From positions 1 to 52,165 of the forward strand of contig RFFQ01000005.1 in NCBI GenBank assembly GCA_003697105.1: a stretch of 52,165 nt of DNA. Direction: 5' to 3'. Below are positions 37,044 to 46,925 of this stretch, piece by piece. The notes beneath the pieces are model-generated. The model worked only from the letters and a program-made list of their open reading frames with translations, was not told the origin of the DNA and made no database searches. The position numbers were made by a program, and so were the translations under genes. Source of the stretch: Gemmatimonadota bacterium (GTDB taxonomy: Bacteria > 4572-55 > J002). The stretch's first letter is position 1; every line of letters begins with the position of its first letter.

Positions 37044-38018
37044 ATGCGGTTACAGAATCTGATTTTACCGATTCAGAACGATTTAAATCAGGTAGAAAAC
37101 GAACTTAAAACGAGTATCAATTCGGATATTCCCGTATTACAGGACATTGGTCACCATTTATGGCAAGTACCCGGTAAGCGCTTGCGACCTATCATGTTGC
37201 TGCTCACCGCACGTCTCTTCCCCCACTTGAAACCGGAACGAATTACGGCGGCGGTAGCGGTGGAAATGGTGCATACGGCGACCCTTATCCATGATGATTG
37301 CATTGATGTTGCCGATACTCGGCGGGGTCAACCCACTGTTTTTGCCCGGTGGGGTACCCAAACCGCGATCCTGACCGGGGATTATATCTATGCCGCTGTT
37401 ATCAAAATGCTGATTGAACAGTCCTTATACGATGTACTGGACACCATCGCACGAGCCATGATGATTGTGACCAGTGGAGAAGTCAATCAAATATCTCATA
37501 ATTTTGATTTTGAAAGTACGGAAGACAGTTATTATCAGTATATATACGACAAGACAGCGGTACTGATAGAGGCAACCTGCCGGATCGGGGCGATGGTCGG
37601 CGGGGCTTCCCCAGAGCAGGTCGCCCAGATGGCAGAATTCGGAAAGACCTTGGGGATCGCCTTCCAAATTGTGGACGATCTGTTGGATTACATCGGTGAC
37701 CCGGAACAAACCGGAAAACCGGTTGGTATTGACTTGATGGAAGGCAAAGTGACCCTACCCCTAATCCACGCCCTGAGACAAGCACCCGCGGCAGAGCGAG
37801 AAGCGATTTTACCCATTCTTCGCCAACATCGGGAATCTCCCGCCCGTTGGGATTCTATTATTGATTTTGTCACCCGGCATGGCGGTTTAGATTATGCACG
37901 GTCTCAGGTAAACTTCTACGCCAAACAGGCAAAAGCCATTTTGAAACAATATCAAGTGTCCCCCGTACGTACCACGTTAATGACCGCGGTCGATTATGTC
38001 GTCGCCCGGAACCGGTGA
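37044..38018 (+). CDS. Long-chain trans-polyprenyl diphosphate synthase (IspB/HepT-like)
   Basis: GKRLRP, ATLIHDDCID (FARM with small residue at -5), RRG, KTA, FQIVDDLLD (SARM). Confidence 0.92.
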   Translation: MRLQNLILPIQNDLNQVENELKTSINSDIPVLQDIGHHLWQVPGKRLRPIMLLLTARLFPHLKPERITAAVAVEMVHTATLIHDDCIDVADTRRGQPTVFARWGTQTAILTGDYIYAAVIKMLIEQSLYDVLDTIARAMMIVTSGEVNQISHNFDFESTEDSYYQYIYDKTAVLIEATCRIGAMVGGASPEQVAQMAEFGKTLGIAFQIVDDLLDYIGDPEQTGKPVGIDLMEGKVTLPLIHALRQAPAAEREAILPILRQHRESPARWDSIIDFVTRHGGLDYARSQVNFYAKQAKAILKQYQVSPVRTTLMTAVDYVVARNR

Positions 38019-38061
38019 CGTCACGACGAGACACCAATTTAAGCATCAGAAGGAGTTTATT

Positions 38062-39993
38062 TTGAGTTCAAATACATCAAATACATTTTATATTACGACC
38101 CCTATTTATTACGTGAATGATGTGCCGCACATCGGGCACGCTTATACCACGTTAGTGGCAGATACAATTGCCCGGTACCAACGTCAAATGGGAAAAGATA
38201 CCTTTTTTATAACCGGTACCGACGAGCACGGTCAGAAAGTGGCACAAGCGGCAGAAGAACAGGGCATGACACCCCTGGCTTATGCCGATCAGGTCGTCCA
38301 ACGATTCCGAAAATGTTGGGACGTTTACCAATTAAGTCATAATGATTTTATCCGCACGACCGAACCCCGGCATGAACGGGTGGTACAAGAGATTATCCAA
38401 CAGGTGTATGATAACGGCGATATATACGAGGGTGAATACGAAGGGTGGTATTCCACCACAAGCGAGACCTTTTTTACCGACACCGAAGCCGAAGCCATGA
38501 ACTACATGGATAGCGGCAAAAAAATGCAACGGATGAAAGAGAAAAATTACTTTTTTAGGCTCACCAAATATGCCCAGCCGTTGTTAGATCATATTGAAAA
38601 ACACCCGAATTTCATCCGCCCGCATAACCGGCGGAATGAAGTTATCTCCTTTATTAAAGGGGGGTTACAGGATTTAAGTATCTCTCGTTCCAAGACATCG
38701 CTGTCATGGGGCGTACCATTGCCGTTTGATGAAAATCATGTGATTTACGTGTGGATTGATGCACTGATCAACTATATTTCGGTCCTGAAGGACAAACCGG
38801 AGGAGCGCTGGAAATATTGGCAAAATGCCGTACATCTGATCGGGAAAGATATTCTCCGGCACCATGCCATCTATTGGCCCGCTTTATTGATGTCAGCGGG
38901 AATCGACCTACCCCAACAAATTTACGCGCACGGATGGTGGACAATTGATGGAAAAAAAATGTCGAAAAGTTTGGGAAATGTCGTCGATCCGTTTGATATG
39001 GCAGAACGCTACGGTACTGATATTTTTCGTTATTTTCTGCTCCGGGAAACCGCATTTGGACAAGATGGTGATTTTTCCGAAACGGCAGTTGTCAAACGGG
39101 TCAATTATGATTTAGCCAATGATTTAGGCAACCTGCTGAACCGGTCGATCACAATGGTCTGCCGCTACCGCCAAGGAGTCGTCCCTCAAACGAATCAGCA
39201 TGATCTGAAGGAAACGGCGGAAGAGGTCGTCCGAAAATATCAAGATCGAATGAATGACTTTGATTTTCAAAACGGTCTGGCAGCGATCTGGGAATTGGTC
39301 AAACGAGCAAACCAGTACGTGCAGGAACAGAAACCGTGGGAATTGGCAAAAGCGGATGCCCATGCGGATCAATTAAATGCCGTTTTGTATAATCTGTTGG
39401 AAGCATCGCGGTTTGCAACGGTGTTATTAGCGCCGGTAATGCCTAATAAAGTTAAGGAGATGTGGCGGCAACTCAAATTGGAAGGTCAGCCCGCCGAACA
39501 ACAAATTCATCACCTAAAATGGGGTGAATTTCCCCACGGCATCCAACTTGAAGAACCCGAACCCATTTTTCCTCGCATCAAAGCAGAATCGAAAAAAAAG
39601 AAGGAGAACCGGAAAAAAATGGAAACACCACACCCCTCAACAAGTAAAAAAGAGCAAACTCCGGCGGCAAACGTCATCACGATTGATGATTTTGCCAAAG
39701 TCCAACTCCGCATTGCCGAAGTTTTGGACGCCGAAAAAGTGGAAAATGCAGATCGATTATTAAAATTGCAAATTCAAATTGGTGAAGAGAAACGGCAACT
39801 GGTGGCGGGTATCGCCAAGTGGTACACCCCAGAGGAAATGATCGGGAAAAAAATCGTGGTCGTCGCGAACTTGAAACCGGCAAAAATTCGGGGGGTTGAA
39901 TCCAATGGAATGCTGTTAGCGGCAAAAACCGGGGACGCGTTGTCAATTGTCACCGTCGAGCGGGACCTGCCCAGTGGCGCCTCGGTTTCGTAA
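38062..39993 (+). CDS. metG: Methionine--tRNA ligase with C-terminal tRNA-binding domain
   Basis: TTPIYYVN, HIGH, GTDEHG, KMSKS, Trbp111-like C-terminus; TTG start after AGGAG. Confidence 0.96.
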   Translation: MSSNTSNTFYITTPIYYVNDVPHIGHAYTTLVADTIARYQRQMGKDTFFITGTDEHGQKVAQAAEEQGMTPLAYADQVVQRFRKCWDVYQLSHNDFIRTTEPRHERVVQEIIQQVYDNGDIYEGEYEGWYSTTSETFFTDTEAEAMNYMDSGKKMQRMKEKNYFFRLTKYAQPLLDHIEKHPNFIRPHNRRNEVISFIKGGLQDLSISRSKTSLSWGVPLPFDENHVIYVWIDALINYISVLKDKPEERWKYWQNAVHLIGKDILRHHAIYWPALLMSAGIDLPQQIYAHGWWTIDGKKMSKSLGNVVDPFDMAERYGTDIFRYFLLRETAFGQDGDFSETAVVKRVNYDLANDLGNLLNRSITMVCRYRQGVVPQTNQHDLKETAEEVVRKYQDRMNDFDFQNGLAAIWELVKRANQYVQEQKPWELAKADAHADQLNAVLYNLLEASRFATVLLAPVMPNKVKEMWRQLKLEGQPAEQQIHHLKWGEFPHGIQLEEPEPIFPRIKAESKKKKENRKKMETPHPSTSKKEQTPAANVITIDDFAKVQLRIAEVLDAEKVENADRLLKLQIQIGEEKRQLVAGIAKWYTPEEMIGKKIVVVANLKPAKIRGVESNGMLLAAKTGDALSIVTVERDLPSGASVS

Positions 39994-40048
39994 TCAACAC
40001 CACATATTATCAGACCCTTAAATTCAACGAGAGGAGTTCATACGCAGT

Positions 40049-41878
40049 ATGTTTGATTGGCTACGTCGTAAAACCAAAGTCTTTATCATCATTGTCACCG
40101 TCGCGTTTATTGCCACCATTTTTCTGGTCTGGGGCATGAACTTAAGAGGGATGTCTGGCTCTGCGGGGGCAGTCAGCCCTACAACTCCGGTGGGTAAAAT
40201 CAACGGTGAAAAAGTGGAATTGCAACAATTTGGAGCACAGTATGAACGAAATGTAAGTGAACGCGCCCAACAACGCGATGGTGAACTCACCGATCAAGAT
40301 TACGCCCAAATTCAAGAGCAAACATGGGAACAATTTGTACGGGAGTATTTGATCGAGCAAGCCGTAAAAGAGCACAAGATTCAAGTTAGCAACGAAGAAG
40401 TTGTGGATTATATGTTGAACAATCCACCCCAATCCATCCGAGAAAACGAACAATTTCAGGATGAAAACGGTGAATTTTCGTTGGAATTATATCAAAATTA
40501 TCTCGCCACACTGGATGCAAACATTCTGGCTTCCAACGAAGCCTATTACCGCCAGTTGGTATTGCCGCGTGTACGGTTGCAAAATATGTTGGAATCCGCC
40601 GTTCGGGTTACTGAACTGGAATTGAAAGAAGCATATCTGGCTCAGAACTTGAAAGTTACGGTAGAATATGTCGCGTTTCGACCACGCGATCTGCTACCGA
40701 ATGATAGTGTGGAAGTCACCGATGACGAAATTCAGGCGTACTATGAAGCCCACAAAGAGGACTACAAAGTCGGTGAGCAAGCCATTCTTTCATACGTGTT
40801 ATTTAATGCCGAACAAGAAGCAAAAGCCGAGATTGACCGGATTTATGCCGAAGCCACCCAACCCGGGGCCGATTTTGCCGCGTTAGCACGAGAATATTCA
40901 CAAGACCCCGGTTCAGGCGCTCGCGGTGGAGATTTGAATTGGTTCGGAAAAGGACGAATGGTCAAACCATTTGAAGATGCCGCATTCGCCCTAGAACCCG
41001 GTGAGATCAGCCAACCGGTGAAGAGCCAGTTTGGTTGGCATATCATCAAAATGGATTCTGTACGAACCACAGATAACGGTGAGAAAGAAGTCCGGGCACG
41101 GCATATTTTGATCAAAACCGATCCTACAGAAGAGCAAATGCAAGCCTTCCAACAAAAAGCCAAAGAATTCGCAGAAAAAGCAAAATCAGGCGATTTTGCG
41201 GCTATCGCTGCAGAAATGGGCTTAACCATTGAGGAAACCAAACCATTTGAAAATAATGTGAGCGGCTTTGTGGGCGGTGTGGGTCGCGTTCCCGAAGTGG
41301 TTGAATTTGCTTTTGCCAACAAGGTAGGAGATGTCAGTGATCCGGTGAACCAGACTCGAGGCGTTTATGTCTTTCAAATCAAAGAAAGGCTACCGGAGCG
41401 TGTTCAAGATATAGAAGAAGTGCGCCCCCAGATCGAAAGTTCGGTCAAATTTGAAAAACAACAAGAATTTGCCAAAGCCAAAGCTGAAGAATTCTTAGAA
41501 CGCCTGAAAACAGAAGGCAAAGATTTGCAAACCCTTGCCGCAGAAATGGATTCCTTACCCTACGAAAAGCCAGAACCCTTTGCTAAAAAGGATTTTGTGC
41601 GAGGTGTTGGGCGCGGGAACGAATTTATCTGGACGGCGTTTGAATTGCCTGTGGGGGAAATCAGTGATGTCATTACGATTGAAAACCGTGGAAGCTACAT
41701 CCTGAAAGTACTTGATCGGGACGAGTTTGATCCGGCTAAATTTGCCGAGGAAAAGGACGCCATTCGGGAGCAGTTGCTTGCCCGCCGGCAAGGCTTGATT
41801 TTCAATCACTGGTATGAATCCCAGAAAAAAGATGCGCGGATTGAAGAAAATATCGAAAAATATTTTTCGTTGAACTGA
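40049..41878 (+). CDS. SurA N-terminal/PpiD-like periplasmic peptidyl-prolyl isomerase
   Basis: N-terminal TM, SurA_N-like region, parvulin motifs [31 protein letters not shown]. Confidence 0.9.
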   Translation: MFDWLRRKTKVFIIIVTVAFIATIFLVWGMNLRGMSGSAGAVSPTTPVGKINGEKVELQQFGAQYERNVSERAQQRDGELTDQDYAQIQEQTWEQFVREYLIEQAVKEHKIQVSNEEVVDYMLNNPPQSIRENEQFQDENGEFSLELYQNYLATLDANILASNEAYYRQLVLPRVRLQNMLESAVRVTELELKEAYLAQNLKVTVEYVAFRPRDLLPNDSVEVTDDEIQAYYEAHKEDYKVGEQAILSYVLFNAEQEAKAEIDRIYAEATQPGADFAALAREYSQDPGSGARGGDLNWFGKGRMVKPFEDAAFALEPGEISQPVKSQFGWHIIKMDSVRTTDNGEKEVRARHILIKTDPTEEQMQAFQQKAKEFAEKAKSGDFAAIAAEMGLTIEETKPFENNVSGFVGGVGRVPEVVEFAFANKVGDVSDPVNQTRGVYVFQIKERLPERVQDIEEVRPQIESSVKFEKQQEFAKAKAEEFLERLKTEGKDLQTLAAEMDSLPYEKPEPFAKKDFVRGVGRGNEFIWTAFELPVGEISDVITIENRGSYILKVLDRDEFDPAKFAEEKDAIREQLLARRQGLIFNHWYESQKKDARIEENIEKYFSLN

Positions 41879-41907
41879 CACCCACCGCACCCCGCCCAAG
41901 TTTATAC

Positions 41908-41945
41908 AAAAAACCCCGCTTCCGGAATGGAAAGCGGGGTTTTTT
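41908..41945. terminator. Bidirectional rho-independent terminator between convergent genes
   Basis: AAAAAACCCCGCTTCC-GGAAT-GGAAAGCGGGGTTTTTT. Confidence 0.9.
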
Positions 41946-41973
41946 CAGGGGGTATTTTAAACGAGTTGAAAGG

Positions 41974-42534
41974 TTAAACTTCCATGATCTCAGCTTCTTT
42001 TTTGCTCAAAATTTCATCAATCAGTTTCGTGTGTTCATCTAATATCTTCTGAATATCATTTTGACCCTTATGCATTTCATCTTCCGAGATGTCTTTATTC
42101 TTTTCTGCTTTTTTAAACTCATCATTACCATCCCGGCGCACATTTCGCAAGGCGACGCGGGCATCCTCTGCCATTTTTTTGACCATTTTGACTAACTCTT
42201 TGCGGCGGTCTTCGGTCAACTGTGGCACAGCCAACCGGATAATGGTACCATCGCTATTCGGGGTTAGACCGATGTTTGCCGCCAAAATAGCTTTTTCGAT
42301 CACCGGGATCATGCTTTTTTCCCACGGTTGAACCGTCAACAAACGGGGTTCGGGCGTGCCAATACTCGCCACTTGATTCAAAGGGGTCATCACGCCGTAA
42401 TAATCAACTTTAATATTTTCCAACAGCGCGGGCGAGGCTTTTCCGGTCCGGATTTTAGTGATGTCCTGCCGGAAGGTTTCCACAGAATCATGCATCTTAC
42501 GTCTCATCATGTCTAAAATTTCGCGGCTTGTCAT
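41974..42534 (-). CDS. frr: Ribosome recycling factor
   Basis: IRTGKASP, VDYYG, LTEDRRKELVK, RNVRRD; AGGAGG RBS. Confidence 0.97.
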   Translation of the reverse strand: MTSREILDMMRRKMHDSVETFRQDITKIRTGKASPALLENIKVDYYGVMTPLNQVASIGTPEPRLLTVQPWEKSMIPVIEKAILAANIGLTPNSDGTIIRLAVPQLTEDRRKELVKMVKKMAEDARVALRNVRRDGNDEFKKAEKNKDISEDEMHKGQNDIQKILDEHTKLIDEILSKKEAEIMEV

Positions 42535-42559
42535 TGTTAACCTCCTAAACGTTAAATAA

Positions 42560-42595
42560 TAAAGCACCTAATAGAAAGGTCTATTAAGTGCTTTA
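42560..42595 (-). terminator. 16-bp stem hairpin between the ssb-like gene and frr
   Basis: Minus strand TAAAGCACTTAATAGA-CCTT-TCTATTAGGTGCTTTA (one G-U pair) followed by a U-rich stretch. Confidence 0.6.
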
Positions 42596-42616
42596 GATAA
42601 AACCCTATCTTTGGGG

Positions 42617-42997
42617 TCAGAGATACCGGTCAAAATCGGTTTTCAGCACATCAGGCATAATTTCAGCATCATTACTGGAGCTTTGTTCTGACATGCGGGA
42701 ATCCTCAACCGAATTTAGCACTTGAATACGCACCGCATGGATTCCCACCGTAGGCGAGTCAGTTATTTGCTGTAATTCTCCTTCTACATAAATCACATCG
42801 CCCTTAGCCAACAGCGAATGACACTGCTTGGCAAATTGCCCCCGGGCAATGACCTTCACTGCGGGTAAACGCGATCCCACCCGGAGAGTAAACCCCACTT
42901 GAACATCGGCGGAGGCATCATCTGCGAGTACCGGCGAATCAGCAATAATACCGGTCAAGAGCACGTTATTGAGGGTGGGAATCCGATACGTTGTCAT
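42617..42997 (-). CDS. Divergent single-stranded DNA-binding (SSB/PriB-like) OB-fold protein
   Basis: LNNVLLTG, LAKGDVIYVEGELQ, IHAVRIQVL; located immediately after rpsF. Confidence 0.75.
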   Translation of the reverse strand: MTTYRIPTLNNVLLTGIIADSPVLADDASADVQVGFTLRVGSRLPAVKVIARGQFAKQCHSLLAKGDVIYVEGELQQITDSPTVGIHAVRIQVLNSVEDSRMSEQSSSNDAEIMPDVLKTDFDRYL

Positions 42998-43022
42998 TTC
43001 TGGTACCTGAAGTCACGTATTT

Positions 43023-43454
43023 CTACTCGTTTTCGTCATCAAAATCATCATCAAAGTCGTCTTCATCGGTCTCTTCATCGACCTCATCATCACTTTCGGT
43101 AATATCGGTGCCCTCACCGCTGGTATCGTCCTCCTCATCCGTTTCCGGTAATTCAGCAACAACCGTCGGCAAGGCTACCGTAATCAAGAACCGTAAAATT
43201 GAATCATTTAAACGAAGTAACCGGTCCAATTCGGTTAATAACGGTCCCTCAATGGTAAAATAAGCGAGATAATAATAACCTTCGGTTTTCTTTTTAATAG
43301 GATAGGCTAATTTACGCAAACCCATCCGGCGTAATTTAATCATATTACCACCGACGCGAGTAATTAACTCACCCACCTCATTTGCTACCTGTTGGACTCC
43401 AGCACCTTCATGGCGGGTAGCGTCGATAATAAACATCATTTCATAGGTTTTCAT
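43023..43454 (-). CDS. rpsF: 30S ribosomal protein S6 with long acidic tail
   Basis: MKTYEMMFII, GLRKLAYPIKK..EGYY, ILRFL. Confidence 0.95.
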   Translation of the reverse strand: MKTYEMMFIIDATRHEGAGVQQVANEVGELITRVGGNMIKLRRMGLRKLAYPIKKKTEGYYYLAYFTIEGPLLTELDRLLRLNDSILRFLITVALPTVVAELPETDEEDDTSGEGTDITESDDEVDEETDEDDFDDDFDDENE

Positions 43455-43466
43455 ACGACGGTACGA

Positions 43467-43513
43467 CTCCCTTCGGACATAAAGTTGACTTATCCATAAG
43501 TGATAAGTAGGGA
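43467..43513 (-). promoter_or_regulatory. Candidate S6:S18-binding rpsF leader RNA
   Basis: Minus strand UCCCU-ACUUAUC(loop)GAUAAGU...GU-CCG-AAGGGAG: anti-SD/SD pairing, inner hairpin and CCG next to the SD. Confidence 0.55.
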
Positions 43514-43514
43514 T

Positions 43515-43542
43515 AAGAAAAGCGCACATACCAGATGTACGC
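43515..43542 (-). terminator. Terminator-like hairpin after pth
   Basis: Minus strand GCGTACAT-CTGGT-ATGTGCGC followed by TTTTCTT. Confidence 0.55.
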
Positions 43543-43552
43543 ATTTCCGGGT

Positions 43553-44131
43553 TTATTCAGAAGTTGTCAGGTGTTGACGATTGAAAAGGCTCATCGTCTT
43601 TTCCAAACCGTACTCCACATAATGGAACACGGCATCTTGCGAAACTTGAATAATTTGAGGCAGTTCCGCTTGTTCGGTCTTAGAAAAGGGTGCCAGAACA
43701 TAATCGGTCAAGGCTTGGTGTTCCGGCTGACCAATCCCCACACGCAATCGCGGGAATTCCGGCGTCTGAAGTGCTTGGATGATCGACGAAATACCGTTAT
43801 GCCCACCGGCGCTCCCTTTACCTCGCAACCGAAGTTCACCTAAAGGAAGGTGAATATCATCATAAATAATCAAACAGTCTTGGGGCGTCAGGTCATAATA
43901 GCGCATTGCTTGGGAAACCGCAAGACCACTACGATTCATGTAGGTCAATGGTTTCAGCAGATGGAGGGTTTCCCCCTTATAAGTACCTGAAGCAATGCTA
44001 TAAGCCCCTTTGCCCATACGAAAAGAACATTGCAACGTCTGGCTCAGCGCATCAACAACCATAAAACCAATGTTGTGGCGGGTCTGTTCGTACTTCCGCC
44101 CCACATTTCCCAGTCCGGCAACCAATTTCAT
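43553..44131 (-). CDS. pth: Peptidyl-tRNA hydrolase
   Basis: GLGN, TRHNIGF, KPLTYMNRSG, GSAGGHNG, RLRVGIG. Confidence 0.97.
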   Translation of the reverse strand: MKLVAGLGNVGRKYEQTRHNIGFMVVDALSQTLQCSFRMGKGAYSIASGTYKGETLHLLKPLTYMNRSGLAVSQAMRYYDLTPQDCLIIYDDIHLPLGELRLRGKGSAGGHNGISSIIQALQTPEFPRLRVGIGQPEHQALTDYVLAPFSKTEQAELPQIIQVSQDAVFHYVEYGLEKTMSLFNRQHLTTSE

Positions 44132-44135
44132 GAAA

Positions 44136-44744
44136 CTATTCGGTATCCTCAGACGTAGCCTCTTCTTCGCTCGTTTCCTCCGCTTGTTTCATACCGCGCG
44201 GAATTACCACCGAAGCCAATGTAGTTTCAGGGTCTACCAGAATTTCAATCTCGTCACCCACATTCAAATCAGAGACAGACAGAACCGACCCTAAATCCAA
44301 ATGGGTAACATCAACATCAATATGCTCTGGGATTTGTGAGGGGAGACATCTAATATGGACCGTACGAAGTTGCTCCTCAAACACGCCTCCTTTTTTAATA
44401 CCAATAGGCGTTCCAATAAAATTGAGATTCACATCGATTTCAATCGGTTCGCCGAAATGAATATGGAGAAAGTCCAGGTGCAAGACCTCATGCGTTACGG
44501 GGTCATATTGGATATCCCGCACAACGCCTTTCAATTCTTCCTCAGACGATTCGACCTTGAAGTCAATTAGCGAGGCTTCATAATGATATTTGGTATTAAA
44601 CTCATGTGCATCGATATTAAGATGAATATTATCGTCGTGCGGTCCGTAAACCACCGCCGGAATAAATCCATCTCGACGTATTTTTCGAGCAGCACCTTTA
44701 CCAAACGCCGTTCGAGGTGTTGCACGAAGCGTGATCATAGCCAT
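44136..44744 (-). CDS. rplY: 50S ribosomal protein L25/Ctc
   Basis: GKGAARKIRR.G.IPAVVYG, HLDF, C-terminal Ctc domain. Confidence 0.96.
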   Translation of the reverse strand: MAMITLRATPRTAFGKGAARKIRRDGFIPAVVYGPHDDNIHLNIDAHEFNTKYHYEASLIDFKVESSEEELKGVVRDIQYDPVTHEVLHLDFLHIHFGEPIEIDVNLNFIGTPIGIKKGGVFEEQLRTVHIRCLPSQIPEHIDVDVTHLDLGSVLSVSDLNVGDEIEILVDPETTLASVVIPRGMKQAEETSEEEATSEDTE

Positions 44745-44779
44745 AAGTAGGTATTTCCTCCTTCTGTACTGGACAAAAA

Positions 44780-45718
44780 TTATATATCTTCAAACATTTC
44801 ACTGATAGATCGTTCACCGTGGATGCGTTGGATCGCACCTCCCAGAACTTCTGCCACTGATAAGACGCGTATTTTGGCGGGTAAGTCCGCTTTGGGAGCA
44901 ATGGTGTTGGTCACCACGAGTTCTTTAATGGGCGAATTTTCAATCCGCTCGATGGCGTCTCCGGATAATAAGGCGTGAGTGCATCCGGCATAGACATCTT
45001 TTGCGCCATGCTCTTTCATGGTAGTTGCCGCCCGTACGAGCGTCCCTGCCGTGTCACAAATATCATCAAAAATAATGACATTTGAGCCTTCCACATTCCC
45101 GATAACGGTCAGCACTTCCGAGACATTGGCACGTGGGCGGTTTTTTTCAATAATCGCAATATCGCCCCCCAACCGTTTGGCAAATGCCCGCGCTAAGGTA
45201 GCACGACCTAAATCCGGGGCAACTATCGTTAAATTTTCCAATGCCAAGGATTGAAAGTAGGTTTTAAATACAGACGCGGCATAAAGGTGATCGACGGGAA
45301 TATCAAAAAAACCCTGAAGTTGGCTGGTATGCAAATCCATGGAAACGACCCGGTCGGCACCGGAGGAACCGATCAGATTCGCAACCAATTTAGCGGTGAT
45401 CGGTTCTCGTCCGCGGGACTTCCGGTCTTGCCGGGCATAACCAAAATAGGGAATAACCGCCGTAATGGAATGCGCCGATGCGCGGCGCATCGCATCAATC
45501 ACAATCAGCAGTTCGAGTAGATTCTCGGCAGGCGGATTGGTGGATTGAACGATAAAAACATTCGTCCCACGGATATTATCATGGATTCGCACGGAAATTT
45601 CGCCATCGGCAAAGTTTTTAACCTCCATATTGCCGAGGGGCATTCCGGTAAACGCACTAATTTCTTCTGCGAGGGCTAAATTAGAGCGCCCCGCAAATAA
45701 TTTAGGTGTACGTAACAT
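44780..45718 (-). CDS. prs: Ribose-phosphate pyrophosphokinase
   Basis: FADGE, PYFGYARQDRK, DLH, DDICDTAGT. Confidence 0.97.
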   Translation of the reverse strand: MLRTPKLFAGRSNLALAEEISAFTGMPLGNMEVKNFADGEISVRIHDNIRGTNVFIVQSTNPPAENLLELLIVIDAMRRASAHSITAVIPYFGYARQDRKSRGREPITAKLVANLIGSSGADRVVSMDLHTSQLQGFFDIPVDHLYAASVFKTYFQSLALENLTIVAPDLGRATLARAFAKRLGGDIAIIEKNRPRANVSEVLTVIGNVEGSNVIIFDDICDTAGTLVRAATTMKEHGAKDVYAGCTHALLSGDAIERIENSPIKELVVTNTIAPKADLPAKIRVLSVAEVLGGAIQRIHGERSISEMFEDI

Positions 45719-45733
45719 AATCCTAAAGCCGGA

Positions 45734-46024
45734 TTAAAACGTGTAGTTGGGGCTTTCGCCCTCAAATGTGGCGTGATATTCTTCCAGAACTTTTGTTTCA
45801 ATATATTCCCGCATTTCGTTGGTAATGGGATGCGCAATGTCACGGTATTCTTTGCGGTCTCCCTCGCCCTCGACTTCGCGGCTTGGCATAGCAATGAAGA
45901 AACCATCGCGTCCTTCGATCACTTTCAACCCGCGTACCACAAAACAATCATCAAACGTGATATTAGCAAAAGCGCGAAGCCGGCCAGCTTCATGAAGCGA
46001 AATGCGTACTTCTGTAATTTCCAC
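45734..46024 (-). CDS. spoVG: SpoVG family nucleic-acid-binding protein
   Basis: MEITEVRI, FIAMPSR, YRDIAHPI. Confidence 0.95.
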   Translation of the reverse strand: MEITEVRISLHEAGRLRAFANITFDDCFVVRGLKVIEGRDGFFIAMPSREVEGEGDRKEYRDIAHPITNEMREYIETKVLEEYHATFEGESPNYTF

Positions 46025-46049
46025 GATACACCCACCTTACCTTTAGTTG

Positions 46050-46925
46050 TTAATCGATTAACATTGATGCCGATGTCGGAATCGTTGTGGTTACATAAAA
46101 TCGAAAATCCGGGTAGCGCTCATGTAGTTGCGCTGCGGAAGCCTTTGCTACCGCCGGGTCCGAAAAAAGCCCAAAGAGGGAAGAACCACTGCCAGACATC
46201 GCCGCGCTTTCCGCCCCAGTTTCTAACAAAGCCGATTTCAACTCGGCGAGTATCGGGAAACTAGGAAAAACCAGATACTCAAAGTCATTATGCAAATGTT
46301 CCAGAATTTCGGGAAATTTGGTGACGAAGTTACCACGTTGCGATACATTTGTCAACGCTAATTTTATATTTTTATACGCCCATACCGTGGAAATCGTGAT
46401 TTGCGGGTCAATCAGAACCACCCATTTGTGAACCGGTTCCCGAACCACTTCGAGGCGGTCACCGATACCCTGCCCTATCATCGTCCCCCCAAATAGAAAA
46501 AAGGGAACATCAGCCCCCAAATTCCGCGCATAGGGGATTAAATCCTGCTTTTTCAGATTCAGACCCCATAATTCACTCAACGCCAGTAGAACCTTCGCGG
46601 CATTGGAACTGCCTCCCCCTAACCCCGAACCAATCGGAATATGCTTTTCCAACGCCAAGTGAACATGACCCCGCCCGCCATACATCTCACCCAGCAATTT
46701 CGCCGCTTTTACCACTAAATTTTGGTCATTACGCGGTAAATCCGGGTGGTCACACGTAAAATGAATTTGCAAATCCGCTTCCGGATGAATAATCTCAATG
46801 GTGAGCGTATCGTACAAATCAATTTCTTGAAAGACCGTAAACAGATTGTGATACCCATCCGGGCGTTGGTTTAAAATATACAAACAGAGATTAACTTTAG
46901 CATTCGTACGGTAACTTTTTTTCAT
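46050..46925 (-). CDS. ispE: 4-diphosphocytidyl-2-C-methyl-D-erythritol kinase
   Basis: AKVNL, RPDGYH, KHIPIGSGLGGGSSNAA, GADVPFF, MSGSGS. Confidence 0.96.
   Translation of the reverse strand: MKKSYRTNAKVNLCLYILNQRPDGYHNLFTVFQEIDLYDTLTIEIIHPEADLQIHFTCDHPDLPRNDQNLVVKAAKLLGEMYGGRGHVHLALEKHIPIGSGLGGGSSNAAKVLLALSELWGLNLKKQDLIPYARNLGADVPFFLFGGTMIGQGIGDRLEVVREPVHKWVVLIDPQITISTVWAYKNIKLALTNVSQRGNFVTKFPEILEHLHNDFEYLVFPSFPILAELKSALLETGAESAAMSGSGSSLFGLFSDPAVAKASAAQLHERYPDFRFYVTTTIPTSASMLID

Noticed and set aside
37044-38018. Polyprenyl synthase as the GGPP synthase feeding ether-lipid synthesis
   Set aside because: Small residue (Ala) five positions before the first DDxxD indicates a long-chain product, consistent with quinone side-chain synthesis.
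41879-41900. C-rich stretch CACCCACCGCACCCCGCCC (and GTGATGTGTGTGAT near 31380) as further heptamer scars
   Set aside because: Too short (2-3 units) to distinguish from chance.
43023-43145. TCATCG/TCATCA-rich low-complexity DNA as a repeat element
   Set aside because: Explained by the Asp/Glu-rich C-terminal tail of ribosomal protein S6.
46025-46049. tRNA-Gln often found between ispE and prs/spoVG
   Set aside because: Gap is only 25 bp; no tRNA is present.
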